Shown here piece after piece: positions 23,387 through 36,877 of a stretch of 64,000 bases of DNA. The position numbers and the translations under genes are program-made. The notes beneath the pieces are model-generated. The model had not been told where the DNA came from. It saw only the letters and a list, made by a program, of their open reading frames with translations, and made no database searches. Source of the stretch: Styela clava (taxonomy: Eukaryota); the NCBI RefSeq assembly GCF_964204865.1, contig NC_135260.1, positions 11,098,001 through 11,162,000 on the forward strand. Reading direction: 5' to 3'. The number at the start of each line of letters is the position of its first letter. Position 1 is the first letter of the stretch.

Positions 23387-24427
23387 AAGGATCATGATTC
23401 TGCATGAATTATTGGAATACTCATTCGACAAAATGAATGGGAATAATGTATAAGAATGTGTTCCATACAAAAATTAAATATTCCAACCAATACTTAGCAG
23501 TGTATTCATTCAACTGTGCCATCGGGTAACAGGGGAGTTGAGCAATGAGACGAAGTAGTTGCAAGAGGAGATTTGAGTACAGTGTTTAGCGTAGCATGTA
23601 ATGCTTGTAACCCAGTTGTGATACTGCTAGTATTTGGCTCATATACATCAGATTTTTATACCACATGCGTCCAGAGATTCTCATACGCGTAAGCCCTTGG
23701 CAGTCAACGGAACTCAATATTCTGTAGAAGATACCGTTCGGTGTGCTATATATTTCGTATTAGGAAGGATTCCGCTACTGAAAACCTCTACTAGCTAAAA
23801 TAGCCAGCATATTAACTAAGCAGAACTTATCGGACTTGTTTTATTCAACCAGGGTCTGTGATGATACACTTTAAACTAGGTACTTTTAACCTGCAATGCG
23901 TGTACAGTAAGTTAGTCATAGGTACGAAATTACATATCAAAGGTACACTATTTAAATTTTTGCTTCTGCTAGGTCACACAGCATGCATCTTTCCACTTCT
24001 GTGCCTAAACATGCTACAATACTATCATATTCAATCACAGCATTCGGAAACATGTAACCAGCTTCAACGCTGCCATCATATACATAAATAGGGAAGAGAA
24101 CAATCACAAAAAATTAATTTTAATATAGAATTTATTCATGCTTGAAGACCAGAGTATGTGCGCATGCAATCTGTAGAAACCTGAAGTCTTCACGACTTTG
24201 CTGACCACCAGATAGCATCAAACATGTAATCGTCCCAAGAAGCGCAATTTTTAATATTGAAACAAAAATAAATAATAGCCTCCTAGCGACGTATAGTACA
24301 GTTTCTGTTCTAAATTTCAAATCCTACAGTTTGCTGTTTTTGTTTAAAAGCTATATATTTCCTGAATAAATAAACAAGCAAATTTTATGTCTGAACAATT
24401 CGCAGCTTGTTTATATTATTTATTTGC

Positions 24428-24587
24428 AGTGGTGGGATTCAGCCGGTTCTATAGAAGCGTATTTTATGAGATCAGCGAACCGGTTGGCATTATTGGTTAT
24501 TGTCAATGACTTTTTGAAGCAGAACCAGCTGAAAAATATGACTTTTGTGATGGAACCGGCTGATAAAAAATTTGAATCCCATCACCA
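24428..24587. mobile_element. hAT-type MITE (CAGTGGTGGGATTC family)
   Basis: CAGTGGTGGGATTC...GAATCCCATCAC; a related copy lies in the opposite orientation at about 40617-40790. Confidence 0.65.
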
Positions 24588-24617
24588 TTTATTTACATTA
24601 TAAAGTAGAACTTATCA

Positions 24618-27600
24618 TCAATTGTTCTCAGCATATTGTTTACCAATACTGAACACATCGACTTCAGGTTTCACTTTATCATATAGATTGGGAAATGCAT
24701 TTTCAGTCCCATATTTCTTTCTGCAATTTCTGTACAAAGTTAAATCAAACATTTCCTCAAACTCGTCAAGCTTCATAAATATGTCAGCATAAAGAAATGA
24801 ATATCCTCCCGAGTCAATGATGAATCTGTGATGAAATGAATAGTTTTGAAACATTTTCGATTTTTAATAGTGAAGTATGACTATTGCGACACATATATGC
24901 GGGAAAATTGTCCAGATATTAATTATGCTATGTTTAGCTGCCCTCACCACTAAACCGAATATTTGGCAACGAAGGCAACTCTGCCCTCATAATATATCTA
25001 TTTCCCTCCATCATCCCAACTGTTCATCAAATTTTATTAGATTCTAACAACATATTGTTTTGCTCTATATTAAACTATACTACATCTAACAATAACTGAT
25101 AATGAATCAATTTCAATAGAATAAATCCGATATCACGCAAATTAAAACCCCTCTTAAGGATAGAAGATTCAATACCGGGTGAAAAAAAGACAATGATTTT
25201 GTTTGGGTTGAGTAAGAAATAGTTACATATATTCAATATGCATTGAAAATAAGAATTAAAGTAAGTCATTCCTTCAAGAGGACCGAGTTAGCTAAATAGC
25301 AAGATGATAGCATGGGTTCCCAACTTTTTTTGATACATTTCTTCCTTTGCCTAATTTGGGTCTTTATTCACAAAAACTCTATTTCCAATATTTCATCAAT
25401 TCTTAACAAGGTCCTTGACTAGTATTAAATGCTCTCCACGCTCCAGCTACTGGAATGTTTTATTTGTTTTTAGGGTTTCCATAAATAGGTATTACAAAAA
25501 TACTAAATAACTAAACAATATTACAAATACTAAGTAATATTTCTGTATTTCCACCACAAAAACATCAAATTTCCCCCTAGGTTGGAAAACGATGGATTAC
25601 AGCAATCCATCAGCACAAACATCCCGAATTGGATTTGAACCTGTGCACAATATAACACCATGCCTACATGGAAAGTACATAAATATAATATTAAATCAAG
25701 AGATAATGCTACCTTTCCATACTTCTCATTGCATATACCGCATCATAACCTTCTTTTCTTTTTACTTTACCAGGAGTTCCATATACACCCAGATCATAAA
25801 ACATTCCATAGTCAGTACCAGGACACATTTGTTCAGGTCTGGGTGGCCTCAGCTGTCCATTGTGCTTTCCTGTGATAGGAAAAATGAAAAAAGGACTTCT
25901 GGTTATACACCTGCACTTAAAATGACTATTGGACGTATAAACAAAAGAATTTTCTGAATTATGTACGTTGTATTTGTTTGAAGAAATGAATATATACATA
26001 AATACTGGATGATGTACATAACTTTTGTGCAAAACATCTTAGATTTCTGAAATTTTTATATACAATCATACAGAAAGCTGCATTTTAGGTATTGAGTAAT
26101 TTAGGGATGATCTCTATAAGATGAATGAAATAAATAACATAAAAGATTACTTAATTTCAATGACCCATAGAGTCAACGCTGTACTCTGATAAATATAATA
26201 AAGTAGGGTTGGGGTTTAAATTATTATTCATAATATTATTTAATATTTTTCATAATAGTACATATAATATCCACTATTGACCTCACAGTATTAAATTATT
26301 ACCCAACTAAAAACAAATTTCACACAAAATATGCTCTTTCGTGCAGTACAGATTATGGAAGAGGGGAGACTGGATAGTGATCATCTGAACTCCCCATAGT
26401 AGGTGCTCGCACAAGGTCACAAACGCTCAACGGAGTCAGTGGCGCTCAAGAATGAATACTGTGATATTGTTGGCAAAATTCATATTACCATAATAAATAA
26501 CTTTTCAAACCATGCAAATTTCTTACCATGATTGTATATTCTACATGGATATATCAACACTGGATAAGTATCAAATAACTCTTCTGCTTTATTTATAGAT
26601 TCTTCTAAAACAGTCATTGGTAAAACAATATCTTGAAACACCTGCACAGACACAATCCTAATCATCAAAGGGGACAAAAAGTAAATATGGGTTACTTACA
26701 TAGTCTGTTGGTTAAATTTCCAACCCTGAGACAACCTAAAGTAGCTTAATACCTAATAGGCTACTTATGCAGAGCTTTGTTCAGAGAGTAAGCTATCATA
26801 AAGTGAACGAAAATTTCACACTCTAAATAAAATGAACATATGTTTTCCCCTAAACTTATAAAAAATATACAAGCTGCTCTAGGCCTATGAGAACTTAAAT
26901 ATGAGTAATTTAGCATATAAGATGGCTGCAATGCCAGATAATGGCTGCAACTGCCAGAAACTCAATAAATACAAAAATATGAATTTATGGAAATAGTAAT
27001 ATGATACGATAGTAAAATATACCTGTTTAACAAATGTCATTGCTCTAATTCCAGGCGTTGTCGTAAACTTGAGAAAAGCTGGCTTCGGTGGACACAACCA
27101 TCCAAGAAATAATCGAAAGATGGGATTGTTACCAAATGGTATCATTGACTCTAAAACCTAAAGCAAAGAAATAACAGAGATTTCGTTACTCAAAACTAGA
27201 ATTAATAGTAGGCTAATAGTTTGTCAGAATTATAGATTACTCAAAATTGTGCGGTTTAATATCAAAGTATAATGTATATCATATTTCATGCATGAAAATG
27301 TAGCTTTTTTCTGATTTTGCTGTGTGTATAACATCTATTCATCTTTAAAAAAATAATAATAAACATCAGTCTAAAGCTCTTAATAAGGACAATATACAAT
27401 GAATGGTCCTTCATACAAATAGGTAAATATGGATTGCTCACCCAAAATATAGCTCTGTTATGTCGAAGGAGATATTCTCTCAGTGGAATATATTCTTCAT
27501 TGCATTCATTGTGTGTTTTGTTCAAAAATGTTTCAACATGTTTATAAAACCATGGTTTGTACCATCTATTGAATAAAAGTGTATTCTCATACGGAAGAAA

Positions 27601-30600
27601 GTAGGTGAACAGCTAAATCCTTTGATTACTCATAAAATCGCAATGCATTTAATTTTCTGTAGTACAGATCAAAATTCATTTAGTTTACATTAAATTATGA
27701 AAAAAAAGTTTTATAATATGAGCTAGTTTTTTTGCATATAAACTATCATAATGCTTATCGTCAGTCGTGATAATCAAATTTGATTAAAAGTAGTCTGGAA
27801 ATAAATTGTAAATACTAAAACTATGTATGCCGGTGATTAGAGTATAGAGACAAAGTTAATAACTCTGTGATCAAAATAAAGTACTGTATTTCGTGATGCA
27901 CTCTGCATTAACCGGCTCACAGTTTGGGAACCACAGCTGTAATCTAAGAGTGATACGTTTCTAGGAAAATTCGACGTTGGAAATCTTTCTGCATAGGAAA
28001 AATCGCCGCAAGAGCATTTTGCTGTAAAACAAGTATTTGTGACAAAAACAGTTAGGTTTCTGAATTACCTTTTTATTAAAAAAGATTCATTATTTAAGAG
28101 CATACATATCCTAACCCTATGCGGCAAAATTTCCTACTGCAAAATTGCCGGACACAGAGTGATACATGATCAATTTCATCTGCATATATTGATGAAGCAT
28201 TTTCCTCACCTCCACTCTGAATAAGGCTCAGTTCAAGCGGCCACTGCACAGAAAACTCAAGAAATATAATATGACCCATATCTAACCTAGATACATGATT
28301 TATTTTTCTTCGTTTCTCTGGTGAATCACATTCTGCAAAATTCCCAACCATTATAACAGCTTGATTCTTTGAAAAAACAGTTGCTTCAAGATAATCAGGT
28401 AGTTTTGCATCTTTATCATGAGCACCTGAAAATTCCCTCATCTTATCACAGTATTCTTTTTGACCTTTAACCTAAATAAAATGGATGAGTATGAATTAAA
28501 GCAATCAAGCAGACGTTATTATTCTGTATAATTTAGATCCAAATTACTGAATAATATGATTGTATGTATACAGCGACATAGTCAGGATCTTGTATTATAG
28601 ATACAAAGTTATTGCCTACAATTTCGACATCATAATATCATGTCATCAATGCATTTTACAGGATAAATAATTTTCAGTTCGAATCTAGTCGGGGTGTCTT
28701 GGTGAGAGTTTCTACTTTGTCTTGAATTGGTCTTATGAGAAATTAGACCGAATCAATATAATGCCAAGAAGGGCACATGTATTCATTTTTACTGAGAACA
28801 TTAAATCTATTGCAGTTGTTATCTGGCGAATTCTGCATGTCATATGTCGAACAAAAAAAACAGGTTTATTGTTGAAATGCACCATATCGACCCAATGACC
28901 TGCTGCCCGCTATGTATGTATCGCTAATGTGTATATAAGTGCCTTCATATTTTATATATGAAAAAGCTAATCAAACAATAACATAGCACCATTCATGAAA
29001 TATCAGAGAAACTAGCAAGCAAACTCATCTTACTGATATATATTTCATATGAACGTAAGGTTTTACTGGAACAATCCTTAATTCCAATGCCACAAGAAAT
29101 CCTAAAGTACCATGTGACCATGGTAGACATTGAAAGAGATCAGAATGGTCATCTCGAGTGGCCCGAACAAGTGATCCGTCTGCTAAAACTATGTCAAATG
29201 ATTCAATTGCCTCCTGTGGAGTATAAAATTTTAATGTTGGTCAATCATTCTGAGCTATAGTTAGTGATTGAATACAAGAATGATTATACTATCTATCTTC
29301 AAACTAGCAGTAAATGTAGTCATTAATGTTTCTATGAGATATTTTCATACCTGTAATTGGTATACAAGCAGTGTCTGATACCTAAAAGCTAGTATTTTTG
29401 AAAGAATCGGAATTTAATTTCACAATTCTCCTCCATCCACATAGGCCCATGTATTTGAAACATCAAACTGGTTATTTAATCCAATTCCAACCTGTACTGA
29501 TTAAGGAGTAGGTTGGTAATATTCTATGGTAGTTTCAAGGGTGATTCTAAGAACGTTGCATAAAAAAAATGTAATCAATGCGTAAAATATGTTTAATAAA
29601 AACTCTATAAAATTACTAAGACATATTTGATAGAATTTTACAAGTGTTTCGATTGGGAAGTTTTATATTTTGTATATTTATTATTTACCTGATACAATCC
29701 AACGCGATGTGAATAAGTTGTCATTCCAACAGCCATGGCCAATCCACCACAAGTTGCATCTGATATTTCCAATGTCACAGCCAGCGTATACCCAAGTGGA
29801 ATTAAATATTCGGTTATTTCTCCAACAGAAACCTATTAGTGGAAAATATAGTTGAATAACTGAATTTCGGAAGATTTAATTGTTTTCAGCAGTTTTATTG
29901 GTTAGGTTTGGTTACTAAAAAGCTGAAACATATTCACATTGCAATGAATATATAGTTGTATAACGTTTAAAGTCTATTTTATTGGCTCTACTCTATCTGC
30001 ATTCTGACATTTATTTGTGTTGGGCATTAAGGGTATGGAGTAAAAACAGATTTGGATTGAATGACAAAAACACAAATGTTATGTGAAAAAGGCATGACTG
30101 TATGATTCTGATAAACTGCAGTGACTTTTGCTAATATTTCAATAATTAGTTAATGGAAAAGCAGAATACAAATGGTAGTGACTCACTACTAGTGAGTGTA
30201 ATGACAACTCAATAATTCCAGTCATATACAGTGAATGTGATTTAAAAATATTATAGTGCTCACACAAGTTTCTTGGGTCATAAGCTATTTCAGCCTGATA
30301 CAAAAAAAAACATTTGGAAAAATTTTATTATAACAAAAACGATCAGTGAATTAGCAGTCAAATTTTTACCACCACAATGCTATATATATATATATATATA
30401 ATATATATAGCTTACACCTAAAAATATTATTATAAAACAATACCATTGGTTCCACACGAACTATCATTCTTTCTTTATCCAAGTCAAGAATATCATAGAG
30501 CGGAATTGATACTTGATAACATTCATTCTGTCAAAATATTATTATTAGAACTAGAAGAATATAGGGTGAATATTATAATTCAATCAAAATTACCAATAAA

Positions 30601-32521
30601 ATTCAGGTGGTGAAAATTACAAAAAGAGCAAATAAGAACTATCCGGAGAAAAAAGGTCGTAGCTGTATATTTTGGTGAATGTGTTTAAGAAGGTGCCTAA
30701 TAGTCCTTAAGTACACCTACGGTAATTTTGACTCTTTACACCAGTGCTTAATTCCAGTAGGCTTATTAAACACAGACAAATCATGGCATAATTACAGAAA
30801 ATTATGCCTTCATTCGTCCTGATTGCTTTTACAAATAGGTTAACAAGTTTACAAATAACTGGTAACTGAAAAGATGGGATATTGAAAAAGCTTGATAACC
30901 AATACCGGTATATTGGACTTCAAATTTACAAAAAGTGACTAAAGGATAAATTAATTCAACCATATTGCCTACTTTTCTGAAAAATGTTGTAGAAAGACTC
31001 AGCCAATTCGGTCTTGCTGTACACATTCGAGGTCTATTAGCCACAGGTAGTTCATTCCAATGCCTTACCTAAGCATCATACAAAAAAAAAATAGAAGAAC
31101 AATTTTGAAAGTGACAAATCTTATCAATTAAAATTTTTTGTGATGTTCTTATAAGACAAAAATCAGTAACTAACAGTGATTTTGCTGTGAGTATATTGAA
31201 ATATTACACTATTGCGTCAATTGGGTTCATTGTCATCATTGAAATACAATGTCAACTTTGATACTGATATACAGACAGACAGATGAATTAAATCTTGTCA
31301 TAGGCCTATTTGGGCTTATGCTCCTGCTACTTTTGTTCTCCCATTAAAAAGTATGTGAAGCAACGGAATGAAATTGAATTCCTGATTTACAAAATAATGA
31401 ATTACAGAAATTTCGCTTGTGATAATGAGCAACATGATATAATACCTTTTTCTGGATAGATTTGACTCTGGTATCGTGATTCTCTGGAGCATAAAATAAC
31501 TTTTGATGAACCAATCTCTGTAATTTGAAAATTGAATCGAAGAGAAAACTGGCAGGAAGACAAAACAATACAATGACGAGACCCCTGTGTTCTTCTAACC
31601 ATGATATTATCCACTTCTTCACCTATGAACATTAGAATTAGACCAAGACTAATAATTTGAAAAAATATTTCTGTAAATTACACATTTATGCTATAATATA
31701 GACCAGGGGTCGGCAACCTTTTGTCGCACGTGGGCCAAAATTAAAGGTTGCAAGTCATTGTCGGGCTGCACATATTTTTAGAAAGTTGAAAACCGAACAG
31801 ATGATACTTTTTATAATTAAAATCAAGCAGTGATACATTGCGTTGCATCTCAAAAAATTCCATTTGAATATTTTCTGCACCATTGAATCGTTTGCACTTA
31901 GCATCACCTTTTCTGCTTTTGTTGCCATTTGTCTAATTATAATTAAATTATAGGCTAATTAAACGAGTAATTGTGAATTTTATACTTGTTAGATTATAAT
32001 ATAATTTAGTTTACACGCGTCTCGCAATAAATTCGGTTACGTAAAAAATATAATCGTCAAAACAGCTGCTTTGTTACTATAATTCAGTGAAGCGTCGCAG
32101 GCCGGATTATATTACTGCGGCCTGCGGGTCGTAGGTTGCCAACCCCTGATATAGACAGTCTGACAAACATAGCTTCATTGGTACCGGTATGCTCCAACAT
32201 TAGCACAAATTAAAAGAAGCCTTTAATGCTGGGGTGGGCAGGGTTTTTGGACCGGGGGCGAAAAGTTTTGCACATCTAGACTGACGGGCAAAATTTGGTT
32301 TTAGCTTTGTGGTGACGGATCAGTTGGATCAGATTGAATTACCCAACTGGCCGGATTTGGCCCACAGGCCATAGTTTGCCCATGTCTGCTCTAATTTAAC
32401 ATAAGCAACACTGCATTTTGTTTGTCAGCCATTTCAGCATTTAGTATTATGTTGTTTCGTTTTATCAATGACAAAAATATAAGTGATCGATTTAAATAAA
32501 TACCTTTGTTGTAAAATCCAT
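24618..32521 (-). CDS. DHCR24: Delta(24)-sterol reductase family FAD oxidoreductase (DHCR24-like), 12 exons, about 540 aa
   Basis: Exons 32504-32521, 31446-31622, 30973-31068, 30444-30527, 29689-29832, 29034-29213, 28287-28471, 27442-27565, 27023-27157, 26527-26641, 25713-25869 and 24618-24825 splice in frame (1623 nt). Motifs: MCTARPNW, IVRVEPMV, LPWSHGTLGFLVA, WYKPWFYKHVE, YIPLREYLLRH, IPFGNNPIFR, FLYAD..EFEEMFD, AFPNLYDK. Confidence 0.9.
31704..32148. mobile_element. hAT (Charlie-like) MITE
   Basis: CAGGGGTCGGCAACC...GGTTGCCAACCCCTG; perfect 8-bp TSD ATATAGAC. Confidence 0.9.
32228..32388. mobile_element. Degenerate hAT MITE; relatives at about 6225-6297 and 52278-52440
   Basis: Shared GGCCGGA..TGGCCC..GGC.T..TTGCCCATGTC end and GGGGTGGGCA(A/G)GGTTTTTGGACC start. 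Confidence 0.6.
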
Positions 32522-32797
32522 AATGTAAACAAAGGATCTGCTAAAACCGGTATGTTAGTCGGTGGCTAAAACAGATATCCAATCTCAAATTTGTACCAGA
32601 CGCGTGAACAAGTGAATGTCACATAGTCAAATACTCTTCAACCATCGATCTTGCTAAATGTAGACAGCTCGCAAGTCTACAAATTGTAAGTAAGTAAGGT
32701 AAGTCTGTAAGTGTTGAATCGTCCAGCCTGTAGTTCCCACAATTTCAACCACATTGAAGCTAGCTGTGATTCACCTATATAGTACCGGTATATTGTA

Positions 32798-32882
32798 TTT
32801 TTTTTTTTTTTTTTTTTAAATGGATCCACAATGTGGATTATTCAATATGTAAATAATAAATAAATGCAATATAAATAAAAGA
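32798..32882 (-). mobile_element. Short poly(A)-tailed retro-insertion
   Basis: A T20 tract plus 65 nt is flanked by the 9-bp direct repeat TATATTGTA (32789-32797 and 32883-32891). Confidence 0.45.
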
Positions 32883-33496
32883 TATATTGTAGCCTTTAAA
32901 TCTCTGACTGGTGTGTTTAAGGGTACATCAATATCGTACTGACTTTGCAAGAATTGTAATCTATTGAACAATGTCGATTTCGGTACACTTGCAATGCCGA
33001 CACCTTGCGCCGTGTGCACCACCGTATGATGAGAAAGTGCGTAAATAAGGTACGGTAGTCATCGCCGTGCGCACTTTTTGCCTAACGGTTTCTTCACAAA
33101 TGACTAAAGTGGACAAGTAACGGTAATGCTTTGAACTAGGCACTAAACAAGTTACAACCACAGACGTTAGGTATATAATGGCTCTGATACAAGTTACAAC
33201 CGATCACAAAAGTTACGTCTGTCGTCATCTGCATATTCATTCTGGAGCTCGACTTAGTTCTGGAATGTTTTCATCCAAACTTCCTTCTGTAGGTACGGTA
33301 CTAGGCTATTTTTTACCTTCACGATCGTTTTCTCAATAATTTGCGCCCGACTTCGAATTCACAGAAATATCATCTCCGAATCTGTTAATAATAAGTTTTG
33401 ATCTCGCTTCAAAATTTAACATGTGATTCTCATCTACTGATCTTACATCGCAACAACCGCGCCCAAAAGACAGTCTTCTTCAAGTTTTATCCTCTT

Positions 33497-34344
33497 GTTA
33501 TTAGTTTTTTTAACAGTAGGACAAGCAGCAATGTAAGGAACAGCTTGCCTGCATTCATCTGCGGAGAAGCTGGCACACTTACAGTTAAGTAAACAAGCGG
33601 TTGAGGAGACAAATAGAATTCAGCTAAAGTAGTCAAAGAAACAGCAACCGACAGATAAAAGAGAAAAATGAGCTCGGCAAACAACAATGGAAGGAATAGC
33701 AGGTCTAAGCATGAAGGTAGTTAGTCATAGAGAAGACAGCAGCATATAGAAAGGAAGACACGAGCTCGGCAGGCAGCAATGGAAGAATTTCCAGATATGA
33801 AGTTCGGATCCTGCAGAACCGAGTTCGGCAGGAAGCAATCGAAGTACGTTTAGTTATAAAGGTTCGGAGGCCGCTCGATATAAATGCGCAAGGATACATG
33901 TCAAGGGGAAAAGAAGGAAATTACCAATCCTTGACGGCGTTGCCGATACTGGTTCTAATTTTTGTTATTCACCGATTGTTTAAGTTGTATTAGTTACATT
34001 CGTACGTACCGAATTGTAGCAGTGAAAGCCCCTTGTTTTTAGTGTAAATATCGTGAGTTACTTTGGGGAAAGAAAGTCAGAACCTTGCGGATTGAGGCAA
34101 GATACCACAGTTGTGGGTGGTGCATCTTCTGATAAGGTGAACTGACGAGGCGGCCAGTCGGACAAAAGGAACTGTCGTCCGGTTGATACTTCATATCCGG
34201 CGGAAGCGGCCGAGAGACCGATGTGTGAAATTCAGGCTGAATTTTTCAGCTGAAGTAGTTAGAGAAGCGGGAACGGGTTAGGATAAGAGCCAGTAGCAGA
34301 TAGGAAGGGCCAAGTCATATTTGCACGATGTAATAGAATGAACA
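33497..34344 (+). mobile_element. GC-richer LTR-like or unclassified transposon segment
   Basis: Composition shift, an internal ~60-bp diverged duplication (33637 vs 33731) and TATAAAT at about 33879. No TSD was found, so the boundaries are approximate. Confidence 0.3.
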
Positions 34345-34349
34345 GAACG

Positions 34350-34630
34350 CGTGAGCGTACAAGTGGTTATTCTATCAAAGCCACCTCGCAGGTTTCAAAT
34401 CTCGTTGGGGATAATTAAGTACCAGAGAATTGCTCTCCTCATCGCCATAGTGTGAGATTCACGTTCCTCCGCCATCAATATAAGTACTTCTGAAACAAAT
34501 AACTGGCTAACCAATCCCATACCCGTATATGGACTGGTAACCGGACGAGAGTCCATGGTACGTACGTCATATTCCATAATATTATCGGCTTTCCCCTCCC
34601 CTGGAATAAATATGAAAATCCTATTCTATC
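34350..34630 (+). mobile_element. tRNA-derived SINE family 1
   Basis: B-box-like GGTTTCAAATCTC; AATCCCATA...TAACCGGACGAGAG...TTATCGGCTTTCCCCTCCCC..ATAAATATG..ATCCTAT tail shared with the other copies. Confidence 0.7.
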
Positions 34631-35945
34631 AAAACCTATGGTAACTGTTTATGTCAATTTAGATGAAATTTAATGGGTGTTAAGGCCTTTTTCGTATACT
34701 ATTAATAAATTTGGTAAAAATCAAACAATCTCCCTAAAACTGCGCACTTTTTTAAATTTTCTAATCCCGGTGTTGCTAAGTAGAAATTCCAACCGCTCGC
34801 ATCAAATGCCGGCCACATTACATATCGAAGAACAGATGGATAAATAGTTTATTTTAGAAACTCCGGAATACACACAAATTGAAAATGAAAAATTCTGAAG
34901 AGCGAGAAGCATGAGAAATATCTCGCCAGCAAGCACACAAAGAATTGAGTGGAAACACAAGCCTGGGTAAACGAGGAATCGAATACAATATATAAATATA
35001 TATGAGAAAGTGACAAAGATATATTCAATACGGAAGAACTGTTCGTTCGGGACTAGGCATTGCTGAAAAGATGATATAAGTGGATTGAACAATTGTTTAA
35101 AGAGACCAATGAAACCTCAACACTGAACAGGTCCGCGTAATTGACGAGGCTAACGTGCTATTAAAAACAGAACGCGCACAGAATAAAAGCAAAAAAAAAA
35201 CGCCGAGGTGAATGTTTAAAATTGTTTCGCCCTGGCATAGTACCATATCATGTTACATGGCAATTCTAAGCTCCTCTTCTTATTTCTGGTTGAAATATTC
35301 AGACACTGTTATGTTGCCATATTTTTGTTTACAATACAATACACTTTTATTTCGATCTTTCGTCTACAACACAGAACGCACACAAAAAACAATACACAGA
35401 CAATGGCGACAGAAAGACCGGAGAAATGGGCAAAACTTAAAGAAAGGTTTATAGCAAACGTTGTAATCAGCGTTTGCGCCTTTTCACCCGCACATAAGTG
35501 GAAAAACATATCACGACGAACTAAAAAAAATTAAATTCATAAACAGCATACATGAACACGAGAAAGTAGTATTCACGGGCTAAGCTCACTTTTACAGTTG
35601 TATATAATTTTGGTGCGTATATTTTTGTTTGCCATATCCTGTTCGTCTTGCTTAAGTCTGCCTCGTGATATTGTTTTAGTACGGATTCATTGTTATCATT
35701 TCAATCCTTCTGCATAGCCTAGCCCTAAAACACGACCAAATGCGACGACCACAGGGACTGTACTGGTTTTAAATGTAATGGTTTTAAATGGAAAAATTGT
35801 GTCAAGTCGTTCGCGGTCACAACTTCTTCATTTCAATAAACCTTGCTTGATTTGCATGTAACTGCAATTTTACATTTTCTGCAAGTGTGATAATTTCCAA
35901 TAATGATGTCTTATTATGTAAGTTCGTAGTTCTTCTGTCTCTGTA

Positions 35946-36877
35946 TTAGTTTTCACCATTCGCTGCAGGTTGTTTTGAACAGAAGGGAAAGACGGAACTT
36001 TTCCAATCCGGAAAGTAATAAATTACGGATAGAATATTTATAACATTTCTAGCTAGTACCACCACAAGTGTGGATCCGTATTGTGACTTGAAGAAAGATC
36101 CCATGACCATCAACGCAATACTGCCGCCAGTCCACATGCAAGCCGCCACGCCCTAATCAACACAGGCTTCAAATTATCAGCTGCCTCGCCAACAGTTGAT
36201 TGATGCTTATATAGAGGTGCTAGGAACAAGTAGAAGTAGAGCAACACGAATTGTTCGAATATTGAAGCTATACTTGTTCCGATAAACAACATGTCAAGGC
36301 TGAATCGAGATCCAACGATTCCACAACCGCGCGGAGTCATTCCGAAACGATAAGCTACAATGTAAAGGAAGATTACTGTGTTAGGATGTAAAATGGCTAA
36401 CAAGAACACTGAAATGCTTATAACCTGTGTAGTCTTTGTTGTCAAATGTTCCATCAATTTGTTTCCATATAAAACCCTCTGACGCAAAGATAGGACGAGG
36501 AAACAGCACATCAACACCAACCCATCAAATATAGATCTGCCTGAGATAGTCAAAAAGCAGTAACTCGGACAATATTCTTCGACAATTAATTTTTCAACGA
36601 GTGCTAACAACATCACGAATGTATAAGCAGCTGCCATAAAATCACGAAATATTCTCATCCAAAATCCGAGTCCGTTTGTCCAAGATCTTTTTGTCTTAAT
36701 CTTTCAAGCATGAATGTCCCAGAAAGATATGATGTTACAATAGCGAATATAGTAAAACTGTCCACAGACGCTAACCATAATGACTGTATTTTCATTTTCT
36801 TCGTCGCCACCGGGCATTGTTTGAGAAAAGTTATATGAAAAATAAAGCCAAGTAGAATTCTCGAATATTTGTGACAT
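35946..36877 (-). pseudogene. Frameshifted copy of the orphan 7TM gene
   Basis: Closely similar to 38940-39881 but broken across several ORF fragments: +4 nt near 36785, -10 nt near 36670, -4 nt near 36150, and a TGA at 36704-36706. Confidence 0.85.

Noticed and set aside
1296-32521. Non-canonical or U12-type introns
   Set aside because: All NUP188 and DHCR24 junctions I reconstructed are ordinary GT-AG.
32883-33230. LINE ORF2 C-terminal remnant
   Set aside because: Only a faint VPYLRT..YG resemblance split across frames; not supportable without a profile search.
36704-36706. Selenocysteine or readthrough TGA rescuing the 7TM pseudogene
   Set aside because: The TGA lies in a shifted frame that destroys TM1, a third frameshift follows, and no SECIS is visible.
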